From positions 11,066 through 75,065 of IMG/VR virus record IMGVR_UViG_3300001580_000017: a stretch of DNA of 64,000 nucleotides; one strand, written 5' to 3'. The translations under genes and the position numbers were made by a program. The notes under the pieces are model-generated. The model saw only the letters and a program-made list of their open reading frames with translations. It was not told where the DNA came from and searched no databases. The stretch's first letter is position 1. Each line of letters begins with the position of its first letter. Positions 9,647-18,608 of the stretch are shown in pieces. Source of the DNA: a virus (taxonomy: Duplodnaviria > Caudoviricetes).

Positions 9647-10965
9647 AATAATATTCCTTCTCGTTGCTGTCTTTTGAATTTTGCTTCTTGTATTTCTGCT
9701 TCTGTAAAATCTACACCATTTCCACTCATAAAAATATAACCAGAAGCTCCCTGAAAATCATCCAATTCTGTCAAGTTTTCATTGTTCATACATTCAAAAT
9801 CATTTACAACAAACGGTATTCCTTTTAATGATGTTATATTACCACATCTCACTATGCTGATTTTACAACCATCTGTTTGAGATATTCCTTTCAATGACTG
9901 TAATTCATCACAGGTCGTTATATATATTTCTCCACCATAAAGTAACTCAGAGCAACCTTCCAATGATTTTAAATTTTGGCAGTCTTGTATTTTTATTTTG
10001 TAGGGACTATATTTCGGCATACCTTTAAGATTTATAAGAGAATTACAAGAAATAATATATAAGTACCGACCTTTCATTTTTTCTGGCAATCCTTCCAACG
10101 ATTTTAAATTTTGGCAGTTTAGTATTGATATATCTCCCTCAACACTATTAATCTTAAAAGGAATTTGTTCAAAATCTTTACCATCCCATATTAAATTACT
10201 AAAAACATCAACTGATCCATCTGGAAGAACTTTATAAGGAACATCCAAATATTTATAGTAAATATTAATATTAGACTCAGACTGTAATATTTTTCGAGCC
10301 TTTTCAATTATATTCATGTTTTTTGGATTACTAAAAATATCCTCTTGCATATCAATTTTTGTCCATTTATATAAATCCGATGTTCCCATTTCATCATCTT
10401 CTTCATTAAATATTTCAAATCTATCATTTTTTGGATATATTGCTATGGCATATTTTGTTTTTAAATTGTTAAACAGTTTATCCGTCTTTATTATATAAAT
10501 TAAAACTATTTCGCCTTTATATGTATAATTCTTCCAGTATTTATTATCGTTCATTGCTGTGCACCATTGTCCTTCACAACCACCGATATTTTTAGATGCT
10601 ATAAGTTTACTTGCTTCATGGTTCAAAGGGATATATCCATAAAGATCAAAATTTCTTTCACCGTTATATTTATCAACCCACAACTTATCTAATGGAAAAA
10701 TTAAATAATCTTTTCCCTCAGTTAAACCCGCGATACCAGAACTTTTAACCATTTTCTTTCTTTCTGTTTTGCTGGTTTCCATCACATCTTTGAAGTCATC
10801 GAATTTTAGTTCGGGATTCAACCAATCAATTTTATTTTCGAGATTTGGTTTCCTTTTGAAGAAATCAATTAAAATATCTTTCTCTTCATGAGATAAGTTT
10901 TTTAACTTTTTAATTAAATGATCTTTCTTTTCAAATAGAAGTTTAAATTGTTCTAATAAATTCAT
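9643..10965 (-). CDS. LRR-like repeat protein with capsid-targeting-like N-terminus
   Basis: MNLLEQFKLLFE; about 6 repeats of the CxNLKSLEG type in the C-half; GQWCTA motif in the N-half. Confidence 0.7.
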   Translation of the reverse strand: MNLLEQFKLLFEKKDHLIKKLKNLSHEEKDILIDFFKRKPNLENKIDWLNPELKFDDFKDVMETSKTERKKMVKSSGIAGLTEGKDYLIFPLDKLWVDKYNGERNFDLYGYIPLNHEASKLIASKNIGGCEGQWCTAMNDNKYWKNYTYKGEIVLIYIIKTDKLFNNLKTKYAIAIYPKNDRFEIFNEEDDEMGTSDLYKWTKIDMQEDIFSNPKNMNIIEKARKILQSESNINIYYKYLDVPYKVLPDGSVDVFSNLIWDGKDFEQIPFKINSVEGDISILNCQNLKSLEGLPEKMKGRYLYIISCNSLINLKGMPKYSPYKIKIQDCQNLKSLEGCSELLYGGEIYITTCDELQSLKGISQTDGCKISIVRCGNITSLKGIPFVVNDFECMNNENLTELDDFQGASGYIFMSGNGVDFTEAEIQEAKFKRQQREGILL

Positions 10966-11246
10966 TTCAAGTACCTTATTATTTCAGTTATTTTCTTATC
11001 AATGTTTTCAAATTTATCTGTATAAAACATTTTTTCTTCGTTCTCATTCAACACATGGAAATAGTATCTCATATCTCTTGATTCTTGATAAAATTCTATA
11101 TAGGTGTTTTCATTCAACATACACAATGTTTCGCTATCCTTGTGTGTTACAATAAATCCCTGTTCTTCAAATATATCCTGAATTTCGAGAATTTTATCTT
11201 TATTCATTATGTAACATTCCATGTATAGTTCCGTGAGATTATCCAA
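10962..11246 (-). CDS. Hypothetical protein
   Basis: ORF overlapping both neighbours, 94 aa. Confidence 0.6.
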   Translation of the reverse strand: MDNLTELYMECYIMNKDKILEIQDIFEEQGFIVTHKDSETLCMLNENTYIEFYQESRDMRYYFHVLNENEEKMFYTDKFENIDKKITEIIRYLK

Positions 11247-11907
11247 CAGTTTTTTTCCTTAAAAATTCTTGATTCAATAAATTAACTGTTTGGGATTTTG
11301 TGACATGGTTAAATGGTCTGATCTGCTGTTCACTTAAATCTTTCATAACGATAAAACCTTTTCTTAATGCCATTTCGGTATAGAGCAATTGAGCGATGAA
11401 ATAAGCATCTATGATATCTTCGTAAGGATGATCTGAAATATATTGTTCCGGAATATTTAGTTTATTTCCATCTGCTTTATAATATTTCAGCATTATATCT
11501 TTATCAGCATTTCCATTTCCGGAAGCAAACATTTTAATTACAGAAGGAGAATAAAGTCTTAATGTTTTATTATTGTTGTATAATCTCCATTTCAATACAC
11601 CGGTTGTTTCTGCCAAATCGAATACACGCCCGGCACTACTGTATGAATAATTTTCAATTCCAATATAATCACAATCTTTAACAAATTCAACAGCATTATC
11701 CGACATGATATTTATTTTTTCATAGTCATCCATATCTTTATCACAAAATCTGATACAATGTTCGCCAATTGGAGGTTTTGGATTCTTTGCTTTGACTGCT
11801 GTTATTCCGAGATATTCTTTTTTGGTTATAGAAAAATCTTTATCATCAATAAAAAATTTAACTATTCCGGGACTGTTCTTGCTGTAATCAATTCCTGCTA
11901 TTATCAT
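11239..11907 (-). CDS. RuvC-like Holliday junction resolvase
   Basis: IAGIDYS, IGIENYSY, SPSVIKMFASGNGNADK, EDIIDAY acidic tetrad pattern. Confidence 0.85.
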   Translation of the reverse strand: MIIAGIDYSKNSPGIVKFFIDDKDFSITKKEYLGITAVKAKNPKPPIGEHCIRFCDKDMDDYEKINIMSDNAVEFVKDCDYIGIENYSYSSAGRVFDLAETTGVLKWRLYNNNKTLRLYSPSVIKMFASGNGNADKDIMLKYYKADGNKLNIPEQYISDHPYEDIIDAYFIAQLLYTEMALRKGFIVMKDLSEQQIRPFNHVTKSQTVNLLNQEFLRKKTVG

Positions 11908-11917
11908 TTATCCTTCC

Positions 11918-12397
11918 TTATAATTTTCTTTTTTTATGAAAATTAAGATGTGAATTTAATTCTTTTGCTTTGTTTAAAATTTTTTCTAAGTGAACAAAAT
12001 TATTTATATCATTAGGATTTATACTTTCGCTCAGATATATATCCATTGATTCTTTATATCTCTGAACAGGAATGATATCTGATTCTGGATCAATCCAACC
12101 AATCATGCCTTGATTAAAACGAAGTATATCTTTCCATTGTTTATTTATTAGTTCTTTATTAAAAAGAACGGTCATTATTTCTTTGTGAATAGCATAATAA
12201 GGCATATCATCATTATTTAAATTAGAAAGAACAAATAAATTTCCATCTTTATCAAGTATTCCCCTTGCGTTATCCTGAATATATTTCATTTCAGAAAAGG
12301 AAGGATTTTTATAGATTTCAAAAGTGGCATTAGAAGTTTTGATTGTATCCACTATTTCCTCTGTTAATAAAAATTTGTATTGTTCTTTTAGATTCAT
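11918..12397 (-). CDS. Hypothetical late protein with capsid-targeting-like N-terminus
   Basis: MNLKEQYKFLLTEE. Confidence 0.6.
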   Translation of the reverse strand: MNLKEQYKFLLTEEIVDTIKTSNATFEIYKNPSFSEMKYIQDNARGILDKDGNLFVLSNLNNDDMPYYAIHKEIMTVLFNKELINKQWKDILRFNQGMIGWIDPESDIIPVQRYKESMDIYLSESINPNDINNFVHLEKILNKAKELNSHLNFHKKRKL

Positions 12398-13108
12398 TTT
12401 ATTCTTTTCCCATATTTTTTAAAATCAGTTGGATTTTTTTGCAATTTTTTAATGCTTTCTATATCAATAGGCATTTCCCATATTTCTGATATTTTGGCTT
12501 TGCCTTCCATTGATATACTTTTTCCAATTCTCATCAATATATATTTTAATTCGGTATTCATTTTTTTTGAGCAAACTCTTTCCTACCTTTGTTCCCCAAC
12601 CATAATCATCCATCGCTTTTCTCAAAGTTGACAAGTTTACATTATATTTAATAAAATGAGTAATTGTTATTTCATCATCGGATAATGTTAAATCAGTTTT
12701 TACATCACCTTTGTAATTAAATTTATTTTGAATTAATGATGCTATTATATCTTCATCCGGTTCAATATCGGTTAAATCTGATCCATTAACCACACAAATT
12801 AATGGTGATTCATTTTTATTATTCAAAAAATAATTAAAAAAAGAATCAGCAGAATTACCACCCAAACCACTAAACAATCCGCCATAAGCATAAGTCAAGG
12901 CATATTCAATATCTGTCGTTAAATATGATCTGTTATACATTGGAGTAAACATTTTCGTAGATTTTTCATCGTGTAAGTTTCCGGGATTAATATATTCTGA
13001 TTTTAATATTTCTTTATTTCTTGTACCATGATAATATACTTTATTTTTGTGGATTTCCAGTGGCGGAGGAGTTTCCATCAACTTTTTAAATTGTTCACTC
13101 AATTTCAT
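12394..13108 (-). CDS. ADP-ribosyltransferase-like protein (Arr-like H-Y type), with an apparent +1 frameshift at the A8 run 12561-12568
   Basis: YYHGT...INPG...SYLTTDIEYALTYA...IEPDED; removing one A restores a frame ending at 12394 with ATGA overlap to the next gene. Confidence 0.6.
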
Positions 13109-13795
13109 CTATTGCCCCTTTCCGTTGGTTAAATATAATTTTTCAAAACTCGCGCTCACATTTTTTAGTTGAATATCGCTTTTATTTCCACTTAAATCAA
13201 AATCCCAATCATCAAAAGATCGGAACATGCAATTTTCAGCAACAATAACCCCCTCTTGAGAATTTATTTCTATTGCTGATCCATCATTTTTATATTTTAA
13301 TGGAAACACATAAACATTAAATTTTAAATCATTCGGATAACATTTAATATAACCGCCATTATAATCATTGGAAGAATGGAAGTAGTTATTCAGAAATAAA
13401 GATAAATCAAAAGAAGCCGATTCAATTATACGGAACTGAATTAAATTCTTGCTACTGTTATCTAAACCAGACGGATGGCTTTTTATTATATTGAATATAT
13501 TCTGTTCAACAACATTTAAACCTTTTCCGGGAATAGATATATCCATACAGTTGATAGATAATAGTTGGTCAATTGTAGAAGCAATTTCTGTGGTATCTTT
13601 TCTGTTGGTGTATAGTTTGTTGTATATATTCTTTATATGATCTTTTTCAATATCAAACCGAACATAAGTTAATTCAGATATTAAACGATTTTTGATGTGA
13701 CTATATTTCAAGAAATCATTATTATTTCTAAAAACTTCTAAATCAGCTCTATCCGGTTTATTCGCTTGTATTCTATCTTCCAATTTATTTGCCAT
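13109..13795 (-). CDS. Tail-tube-fold protein (gp54/gp19-like)
   Basis: FRIIESASFDLSLFLNNYF...YPNDLKFNVYV...FRSFDDWDFD...VSASFEKL resembles the gp19/gp54 pattern; follows gp13. Confidence 0.45.
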   Translation of the reverse strand: MANKLEDRIQANKPDRADLEVFRNNNDFLKYSHIKNRLISELTYVRFDIEKDHIKNIYNKLYTNRKDTTEIASTIDQLLSINCMDISIPGKGLNVVEQNIFNIIKSHPSGLDNSSKNLIQFRIIESASFDLSLFLNNYFHSSNDYNGGYIKCYPNDLKFNVYVFPLKYKNDGSAIEINSQEGVIVAENCMFRSFDDWDFDLSGNKSDIQLKNVSASFEKLYLTNGKGQ

Positions 13796-13799
13796 ATCG

Positions 13800-14534
13800 T
13801 TAACCTACTATAAAGTTAGCTGGTTCATTGTATGTTTTATCGAGTTCTTCTTTTAATTCTGTTTGAAGTTCTCTGCCCATACTTAAAGCGAAATCAGCAT
13901 CAAATTTCATACCACCCGGAAGAGGGGTATCACCATAAAGTTTTAAGTTTGTTCCTACCCTGATCCACGCCAACGCCAACACATATTGTCTTAACCAAGG
14001 ATGATTATACATTCCGTTGTCATCATCGGCAACATCATATAAATATTTGTAGCCCTGAATGATTGTTACATAACTTGCTTCCGGGGGAGAGACCAATTTT
14101 AATTTCTGATCCATTTCATTGTAATCAAAATCCAATTCTTTTACAATCATTTTTCTCATTGACTGCATCCATCCTCTCGCCAAATAAATATCAAGCATAC
14201 TAAATGTTCCATAAGTTCCAGATAACCTTGAAGGATTGCTCATTATCATGTTGTCTGCTATAAACCTATCTATACTCATTATATCATACGGATTAGCACT
14301 ATACAACACCGCAATAATGCTTCTTGCTCTGACAGGTAATGTATATTCTTTTGCCCCCATTGTCAAGGATAAAGATGCAAAAAATTCTTGAACTGCCATA
14401 CTGGAATGTTGTTCAAAATACTGTATAGCATCTTGGATGATGTAATCAAGCTGCGCCTCTGTGAGATAAACCTGCCGAATTTGTATTCCCAATTGATTAA
14501 AAATATACTCTATTAATTCTGTTTTAGCACTCAT
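13800..14534 (-). CDS. gp13: Neck protein gp13-like
   Basis: TELIEYIFNQLG..IRQVYLTEAQLDYIIQDAIQYF...WLRQYVLA...GTNLKLYG.TPLPGG. Confidence 0.9.
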   Translation of the reverse strand: MSAKTELIEYIFNQLGIQIRQVYLTEAQLDYIIQDAIQYFEQHSSMAVQEFFASLSLTMGAKEYTLPVRARSIIAVLYSANPYDIMSIDRFIADNMIMSNPSRLSGTYGTFSMLDIYLARGWMQSMRKMIVKELDFDYNEMDQKLKLVSPPEASYVTIIQGYKYLYDVADDDNGMYNHPWLRQYVLALAWIRVGTNLKLYGDTPLPGGMKFDADFALSMGRELQTELKEELDKTYNEPANFIVG

Positions 14535-14586
14535 TATTATCCTCTTTTTATTTTAATTAAATTATTCATACTAATTCTTTTATTAT

Positions 14587-14594
14587 TATTTATA
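14587..14594 (-). promoter_or_regulatory. Late promoter for the gp13 operon
   Basis: Exact TATAAATA. Confidence 0.7.
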
Positions 14595-14611
14595 ATTTTA
14601 AATCTTTTTAC

Positions 14612-14640
14612 TTGACATTTAAACAAAGTTTGTGTATATT
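14612..14640 (+). promoter_or_regulatory. Sigma70-type early promoter
   Basis: TTGACA-N17-TATATT, SD GGAGAG downstream. Confidence 0.85.
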
Positions 14641-14668
14641 TACTTCAATAGCAAAATAGGAGAGAAAA

Positions 14669-14980
14669 ATGTTGATAATAACTGATAAAACAAAGTTTGA
14701 AGAGGAAAGAGAAAGATTATCAAGAATAGATTGTTTGTCTTGTATGATTGATGAATTAGTTGAAATGGCGGATGAAAGCACAAAATCAATTAAAAAAGTA
14801 TCAGAGAAAGAATGTTGGAAAATTATCAATAGAAAGAAAAATTATATGATAAAGAAAAATCCGGTATTAAAAACTGATTTGGAAGAATTTATAGAATTTA
14901 TCAAGAACGAAAAACTTGAATTGAAAACTCTGAGAGAAATAGCTACACACATCACACGATACTACAAATCGGTATTATAA
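14669..14980 (+). CDS. Hypothetical early protein
   Basis: SD and promoter support. Confidence 0.7.
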   Translation: MLIITDKTKFEEERERLSRIDCLSCMIDELVEMADESTKSIKKVSEKECWKIINRKKNYMIKKNPVLKTDLEEFIEFIKNEKLELKTLREIATHITRYYKSVL

Positions 14981-14984
14981 CACA

Positions 14985-15425
14985 CTATTCATACTTTATC
15001 CATTTTCCATCTACCAGTCGCGAATGTAGTTCCAAATGAGGATAATCGTAGAAATTATCATTATATTCAAAATCCCCATTAAAATCCATTCCCACTCTGA
15101 GTTTAATATTATATTTTGCTAAAGCATATCCCTGAATGAATCTCACCAAATCACCAAATCTTCTTGCATCTTTCCATTCAATAGGATAGGGAGTTATATC
15201 AACAGCCAAAGACGGTTGTTTATTATGTTTTCCGTTGGGGAATTTTACTTTTGATTTACCTTCAGCGAATGCTTTGTTCTGATCTATTTCGTTTCTATAA
15301 CCACAAAGTATAGAAAAATCTCTGTACTGAATTACATCATTCATTATCATCTGGATATCAGGATGGCAGGTCAATAATTCTGATGCTGATTTTTTTCCAA
15401 ATTTATAAGGCTTTTCGTTAAACAA
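14985..15425 (-). CDS. M15C L-Ala-D-Glu peptidase (T5-type endolysin)
   Basis: FGKKS..L..CHPD, CGYR...Q, GKHN...SLAVD, DYPHLEL; late promoter at 15448-15455. Confidence 0.9.
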   Translation of the reverse strand: MFNEKPYKFGKKSASELLTCHPDIQMIMNDVIQYRDFSILCGYRNEIDQNKAFAEGKSKVKFPNGKHNKQPSLAVDITPYPIEWKDARRFGDLVRFIQGYALAKYNIKLRVGMDFNGDFEYNDNFYDYPHLELHSRLVDGKWIKYE

Positions 15426-15447
15426 TTTGAACCTCTTCGTTTTTATT

Positions 15448-15455
15448 TATTTATA
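15448..15455 (-). promoter_or_regulatory. Late promoter for endolysin
   Basis: Exact TATAAATA. Confidence 0.7.
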
Positions 15456-15485
15456 AAAAACAAAGAGATTTTATTGGCAGTGGAG

Positions 15486-15734
15486 TTATATTATAATCTT
15501 TGCTGTTGATCCTTTCATTTGATCGTTCACTAAAACTTTTATACTACCATACGGAGAATAATGAATATTGTGACAAGTAAAGTCTTTAGGATCGGCTTCT
15601 GGGGTTTCCAACTGCAATCGTTCATATACATTTCTGCTTACTTCGATTGCTTTAATATTTCGATTGCCTATCCATTTTTTAATCCTTCTTACTTCTCTTG
15701 ATTCTTTAGAAAAGTATCTAAAAATTTTCCACAT
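15486..15734 (-). CDS. Hypothetical protein
   Basis: ORF in early operon. Confidence 0.55.
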   Translation of the reverse strand: MWKIFRYFSKESREVRRIKKWIGNRNIKAIEVSRNVYERLQLETPEADPKDFTCHNIHYSPYGSIKVLVNDQMKGSTAKIII

Positions 15735-15736
15735 TA

Positions 15737-16222
15737 TTATCCTTTCTTATTAATTTCTTCCAACTTTCTGATTTCTTTTGCTATATTTTCACAGATACTT
15801 AAAATCTGATCATACTTCTCTTTATCTTCCTCAGTAACAGCACACTGCATTCCGTAACCACCATTCGGATTTAAACTTTCGGAGTAGTATAATTTTTCCG
15901 TTTTAATAGTCAGATCATCAGTGAAAGGATCATGGATATCAATTGTATAACGAACTACAGGTTGCTTGATATATCCCTGTTCTTTTGCTCGTTTGTATGC
16001 TTCTCTGTAATACTCAGGAATCAACCCGCCTTCTTTAATGTCATTTTTCAATAAACTAACACATATTGAATTAAAATTTTCATCTTCTATTGCACCCTCA
16101 TCTTTAAATCCAATAATGATTTCTGATTCGTCTGGGCAATAGAACAAATCATATTCATTAAATTGACCGAGAAATTTGCAGTGAGGACAGGCAATTGTTT
16201 CAAATCTGATTTTATCTTTCAT
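15737..16222 (-). CDS. Hypothetical protein with CPHC...CPD zinc ribbon
   Basis: Start reassigned to MKDKIRF (SD GGAG). Confidence 0.6.
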   Translation of the reverse strand: MKDKIRFETIACPHCKFLGQFNEYDLFYCPDESEIIIGFKDEGAIEDENFNSICVSLLKNDIKEGGLIPEYYREAYKRAKEQGYIKQPVVRYTIDIHDPFTDDLTIKTEKLYYSESLNPNGGYGMQCAVTEEDKEKYDQILSICENIAKEIRKLEEINKKG

Positions 16223-16223
16223 T

Positions 16224-16626
16224 TTATTTCTTCTCCATTTTATTATATTTTCCCAATACTTCTTCCATGAATGCAATTCTTTTTTGAATAGCATCAAAAA
16301 GTTCGCCAGAAGAAGCAGCGCTGGAAATGTTTTTGTATGTGTTGTTTACGCAAGGATATGCCACCCCACATATAGAATATTGAATAAAGACAACAATCAC
16401 AATAAAATCCATCCTTACATAGTTTGTTCGCTTCAATACAAAGAGAACAATCCTCTGTATGACCAAATCCAGTAAGCTTGCTCATTACTTCCGCGCCGAC
16501 ATAAGAATATGTGTATGCCTCATCATCAAAAGGAATTGATTTAATTGTTTTTTCTAATTTTTCTTTTGTTAATGATTTATATTTTTTGATCAGTTTTTTA
16601 AATTCTTTGATGTTGTATTTGTTCAT
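16224..16626 (-). pseudogene. Cys-rich hypothetical protein disrupted by a frameshift near 16373-16386
   Basis: N-half (frame of 16294..16698) continues into frame of 16224..16466; imperfect 7-bp tandem TATTCAA/TATTCTA at the junction; restored stop abuts the next ATG. Confidence 0.6.
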
Positions 16627-16636
16627 TTTATTTCTC

Positions 16637-16876
16637 CTATATCCATTTATCAACAATTTCATCCAATTCTTTTCCACCGAGAAATACCAAATAATCACTC
16701 ATTGATCCATTGATATCCTCATCATATCCCATTTTGTGTAGATGAGTGTCTAATGCAACAATATCTAATGCAAATTTTTTGGACATCGCTGTTAGTAGTC
16801 CGTCCTGAAATCTCGTTATATCTTTGCCTATGAATTTTTTGAAAATTGCGTTTTCTTCTGCTGTTGGTTTATTCAT
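16637..16876 (-). CDS. Hypothetical protein
   Basis: SD GGGAGAG. Confidence 0.6.
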   Translation of the reverse strand: MNKPTAEENAIFKKFIGKDITRFQDGLLTAMSKKFALDIVALDTHLHKMGYDEDINGSMSDYLVFLGGKELDEIVDKWI

Positions 16877-16887
16877 TTTCTCTCTCC

Positions 16888-17187
16888 CTAATCTTTAAAT
16901 ATCTTAATTGGATTTCTCGGATGACCTTCCACCTCTCGTCCTATTATTTTTCTTAATTCCAAAAAAGTGTGATAACTGCCAACGAGTCCAGTAAATTCAG
17001 AATAAATATTTTGAATTAAAGTTCGCACTTCATCTTCAGAAAAAGTTGGAGGAGAAACCTTTTTAAAAACAGTACCATCTAAACCCAAGTATTCTTCGAT
17101 TAAGCTATCAAGTCCACATTCATCCATATTTGTGATCCAATCGTGTAGTCTGTATATTTTTTCGTTTTTATCCATCTTATACTCCAT
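16888..17187 (-). CDS. Hypothetical protein
   Basis: ORF in early operon. Confidence 0.55.
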   Translation of the reverse strand: MEYKMDKNEKIYRLHDWITNMDECGLDSLIEEYLGLDGTVFKKVSPPTFSEDEVRTLIQNIYSEFTGLVGSYHTFLELRKIIGREVEGHPRNPIKIFKD

Positions 17188-17194
17188 TTTATTT

Positions 17195-17407
17195 TTAATC
17201 GTATATACCAGTTACACCAAAACGACCACCACCAATTTCAACAATCACACAAACATCATATACTTCCATTATTATTCTTCCTGATGGAGTATTTAGTCTG
17301 CAAAATTCAAAACCTTTTTCTTCAAGATATTTTTGGATATTACATGACATCGTAATTTTTCCTTCTATTTCTTTTTTTATGGCTTCATATAATTCTGGCA
17401 TTATCAT
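17195..17407 (-). CDS. Hypothetical protein
   Basis: SD GGAGAG; first gene after structured leader. Confidence 0.6.
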   Translation of the reverse strand: MIMPELYEAIKKEIEGKITMSCNIQKYLEEKGFEFCRLNTPSGRIIMEVYDVCVIVEIGGGRFGVTGIYD

Positions 17408-17432
17408 TTTGTTCTCTCCTGTTTAAAAATTT

Positions 17433-17555
17433 TAGTTTAGTGGAAAGGTTTCATCTGCTACCAGAAAATTCTCTTTTGATTTTATGATTGTTTGCCATAC
17501 GAACTGGTTATCTTCTTACTCATCAATTCCTTATTATCAGTAAACCACTAAACTA
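17433..17555 (-). ncRNA. Candidate structured leader RNA or ncRNA
   Basis: Perfect 11-bp closing stem TAGTTTAGTGG/CCACTAAACTA with inner stems TTACT/AGTAA and ACCAG/CTGGT, between an early promoter and an SD. Confidence 0.45.
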
Positions 17556-17572
17556 TTTCAACGAACAGAGGA

Positions 17573-17601
17573 AATATAACACAATTTTATTCCAATGTCA
17601 A
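17573..17601 (-). promoter_or_regulatory. Sigma70-type early promoter
   Basis: TTGACA-N17-TATATT. Confidence 0.85.
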
Positions 17602-17616
17602 GTAAAATCTTCATAA

Positions 17617-17644
17617 AATAAAAAAGGGGCAATAATAGCCCCTT
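17617..17644 (-). terminator. Intrinsic terminator
   Basis: AAGGGGC/GCCCCTT stem with T-run on minus strand after 17663..17989. Confidence 0.8.
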
Positions 17645-17662
17645 GATAGAAATTGATAAACA

Positions 17663-17989
17663 TTATTTCTTGTCTTTCAACACCTTTTCCAAATCTTCTT
17701 TTTTCATTCCACTGGTATTTATTCCCATATCAGCCACTTTTTTCTTCATTTCAAGAAATTCTGCCAGACCGGTTCTTTTGGTTTCAGTCTTTTCGGTTTT
17801 CTCGACTTTCACTTCTTTTTTTGTTTCTTCCTTTACTCTTGTGAAATACTGACCGAAATCATTCATGATTTTTTCATCTATTTCAATTTCTTGTCCCGGA
17901 ATGAGATGATATGTTTTTCCGAGAGCCATGAAATAAAAAGCTCCGGGCTTCCCTGTTCGTTTGTTTACTGTTACTTTGATTTTCGCCAT
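17663..17989 (-). CDS. Basic protein with C-terminal HeH / Rho-N-like helix-extension-helix
   Basis: FLEMKKKVADMGINTSGMKKEDLEKVL; K/E-rich linker. Confidence 0.55.
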   Translation of the reverse strand: MAKIKVTVNKRTGKPGAFYFMALGKTYHLIPGQEIEIDEKIMNDFGQYFTRVKEETKKEVKVEKTEKTETKRTGLAEFLEMKKKVADMGINTSGMKKEDLEKVLKDKK

Positions 17990-18210
17990 GTTTTTGAATC
18001 TCCTTCTGTTTTATTTTTGATTGAATAATACGATCCTTTTGTCACCAAACTGTCTAATGCAGTTCCATTTTTGTCGTGTGTTCCTGAAATAATGAAATCA
18101 TCATCATCCCACACTTTAATTTTGCCTCTCAGTGTTACACCATTTTTTAGAAAAACTTCCAGAACACTATTTTCGTGATCTCGGAAGAAAACATCTCGAA
18201 CAGCACTCAT
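17971..18210 (-). CDS. Hfq/Sm-like RNA-binding protein
   Basis: Sm1 LEVFLKNGVTLRGKIKVWD aligns with Hfq VSIYLVNGIKLQGQIESFD; N-helix DVFF vs DPFL; Sm2-like SLVTKGSYYSI. Confidence 0.7.
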   Translation of the reverse strand: MSAVRDVFFRDHENSVLEVFLKNGVTLRGKIKVWDDDDFIISGTHDKNGTALDSLVTKGSYYSIKNKTEGDSKTWRKSK

Positions 18211-18224
18211 TCACACTCCCACCT

Positions 18225-18608
18225 TTATTTTTTCTTAGTTTTTAATTTTTTGACATTTTCATTCATAATGTCAATTTGTTCTTTATAAATTTTTTTAAAC
18301 TTTTTTAATTCTCGGATAAGACTGTTTATTTTGTACATATTGTTTTTGATATATGTTTGTGTTTCTGAACTATCCCCATCTATATCAAAATCAAATTTTA
18401 ATTGAGTATTACAATCTTTCATTTCAATGTGTGCATCTATTCTTTTCATCTTGTAATCACTGCATTTGTCTTTGCATTTTTTACAATTAAAATTGTTTTC
18501 ACACAAATCAATGTCACTTTTCCAAGCGATGTATGCTGTTTTTTCACCAAGCATATTGTTTAAGAATCCTCTTTTAGTTTGTTTATATCTCCGATAACCA
18601 TTTTTCAT
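18225..18608 (-). CDS. Hypothetical protein
   Basis: ORF overlapping gp41 end. Confidence 0.55.
   Translation of the reverse strand: MKNGYRRYKQTKRGFLNNMLGEKTAYIAWKSDIDLCENNFNCKKCKDKCSDYKMKRIDAHIEMKDCNTQLKFDFDIDGDSSETQTYIKNNMYKINSLIRELKKFKKIYKEQIDIMNENVKKLKTKKK

Noticed and set aside
17433-17555. Hammerhead ribozyme (CTGATAA / TTGATGA ... GAAAC)
   Set aside because: Core is not CUGANGA and stem II cannot be formed next to GAAA
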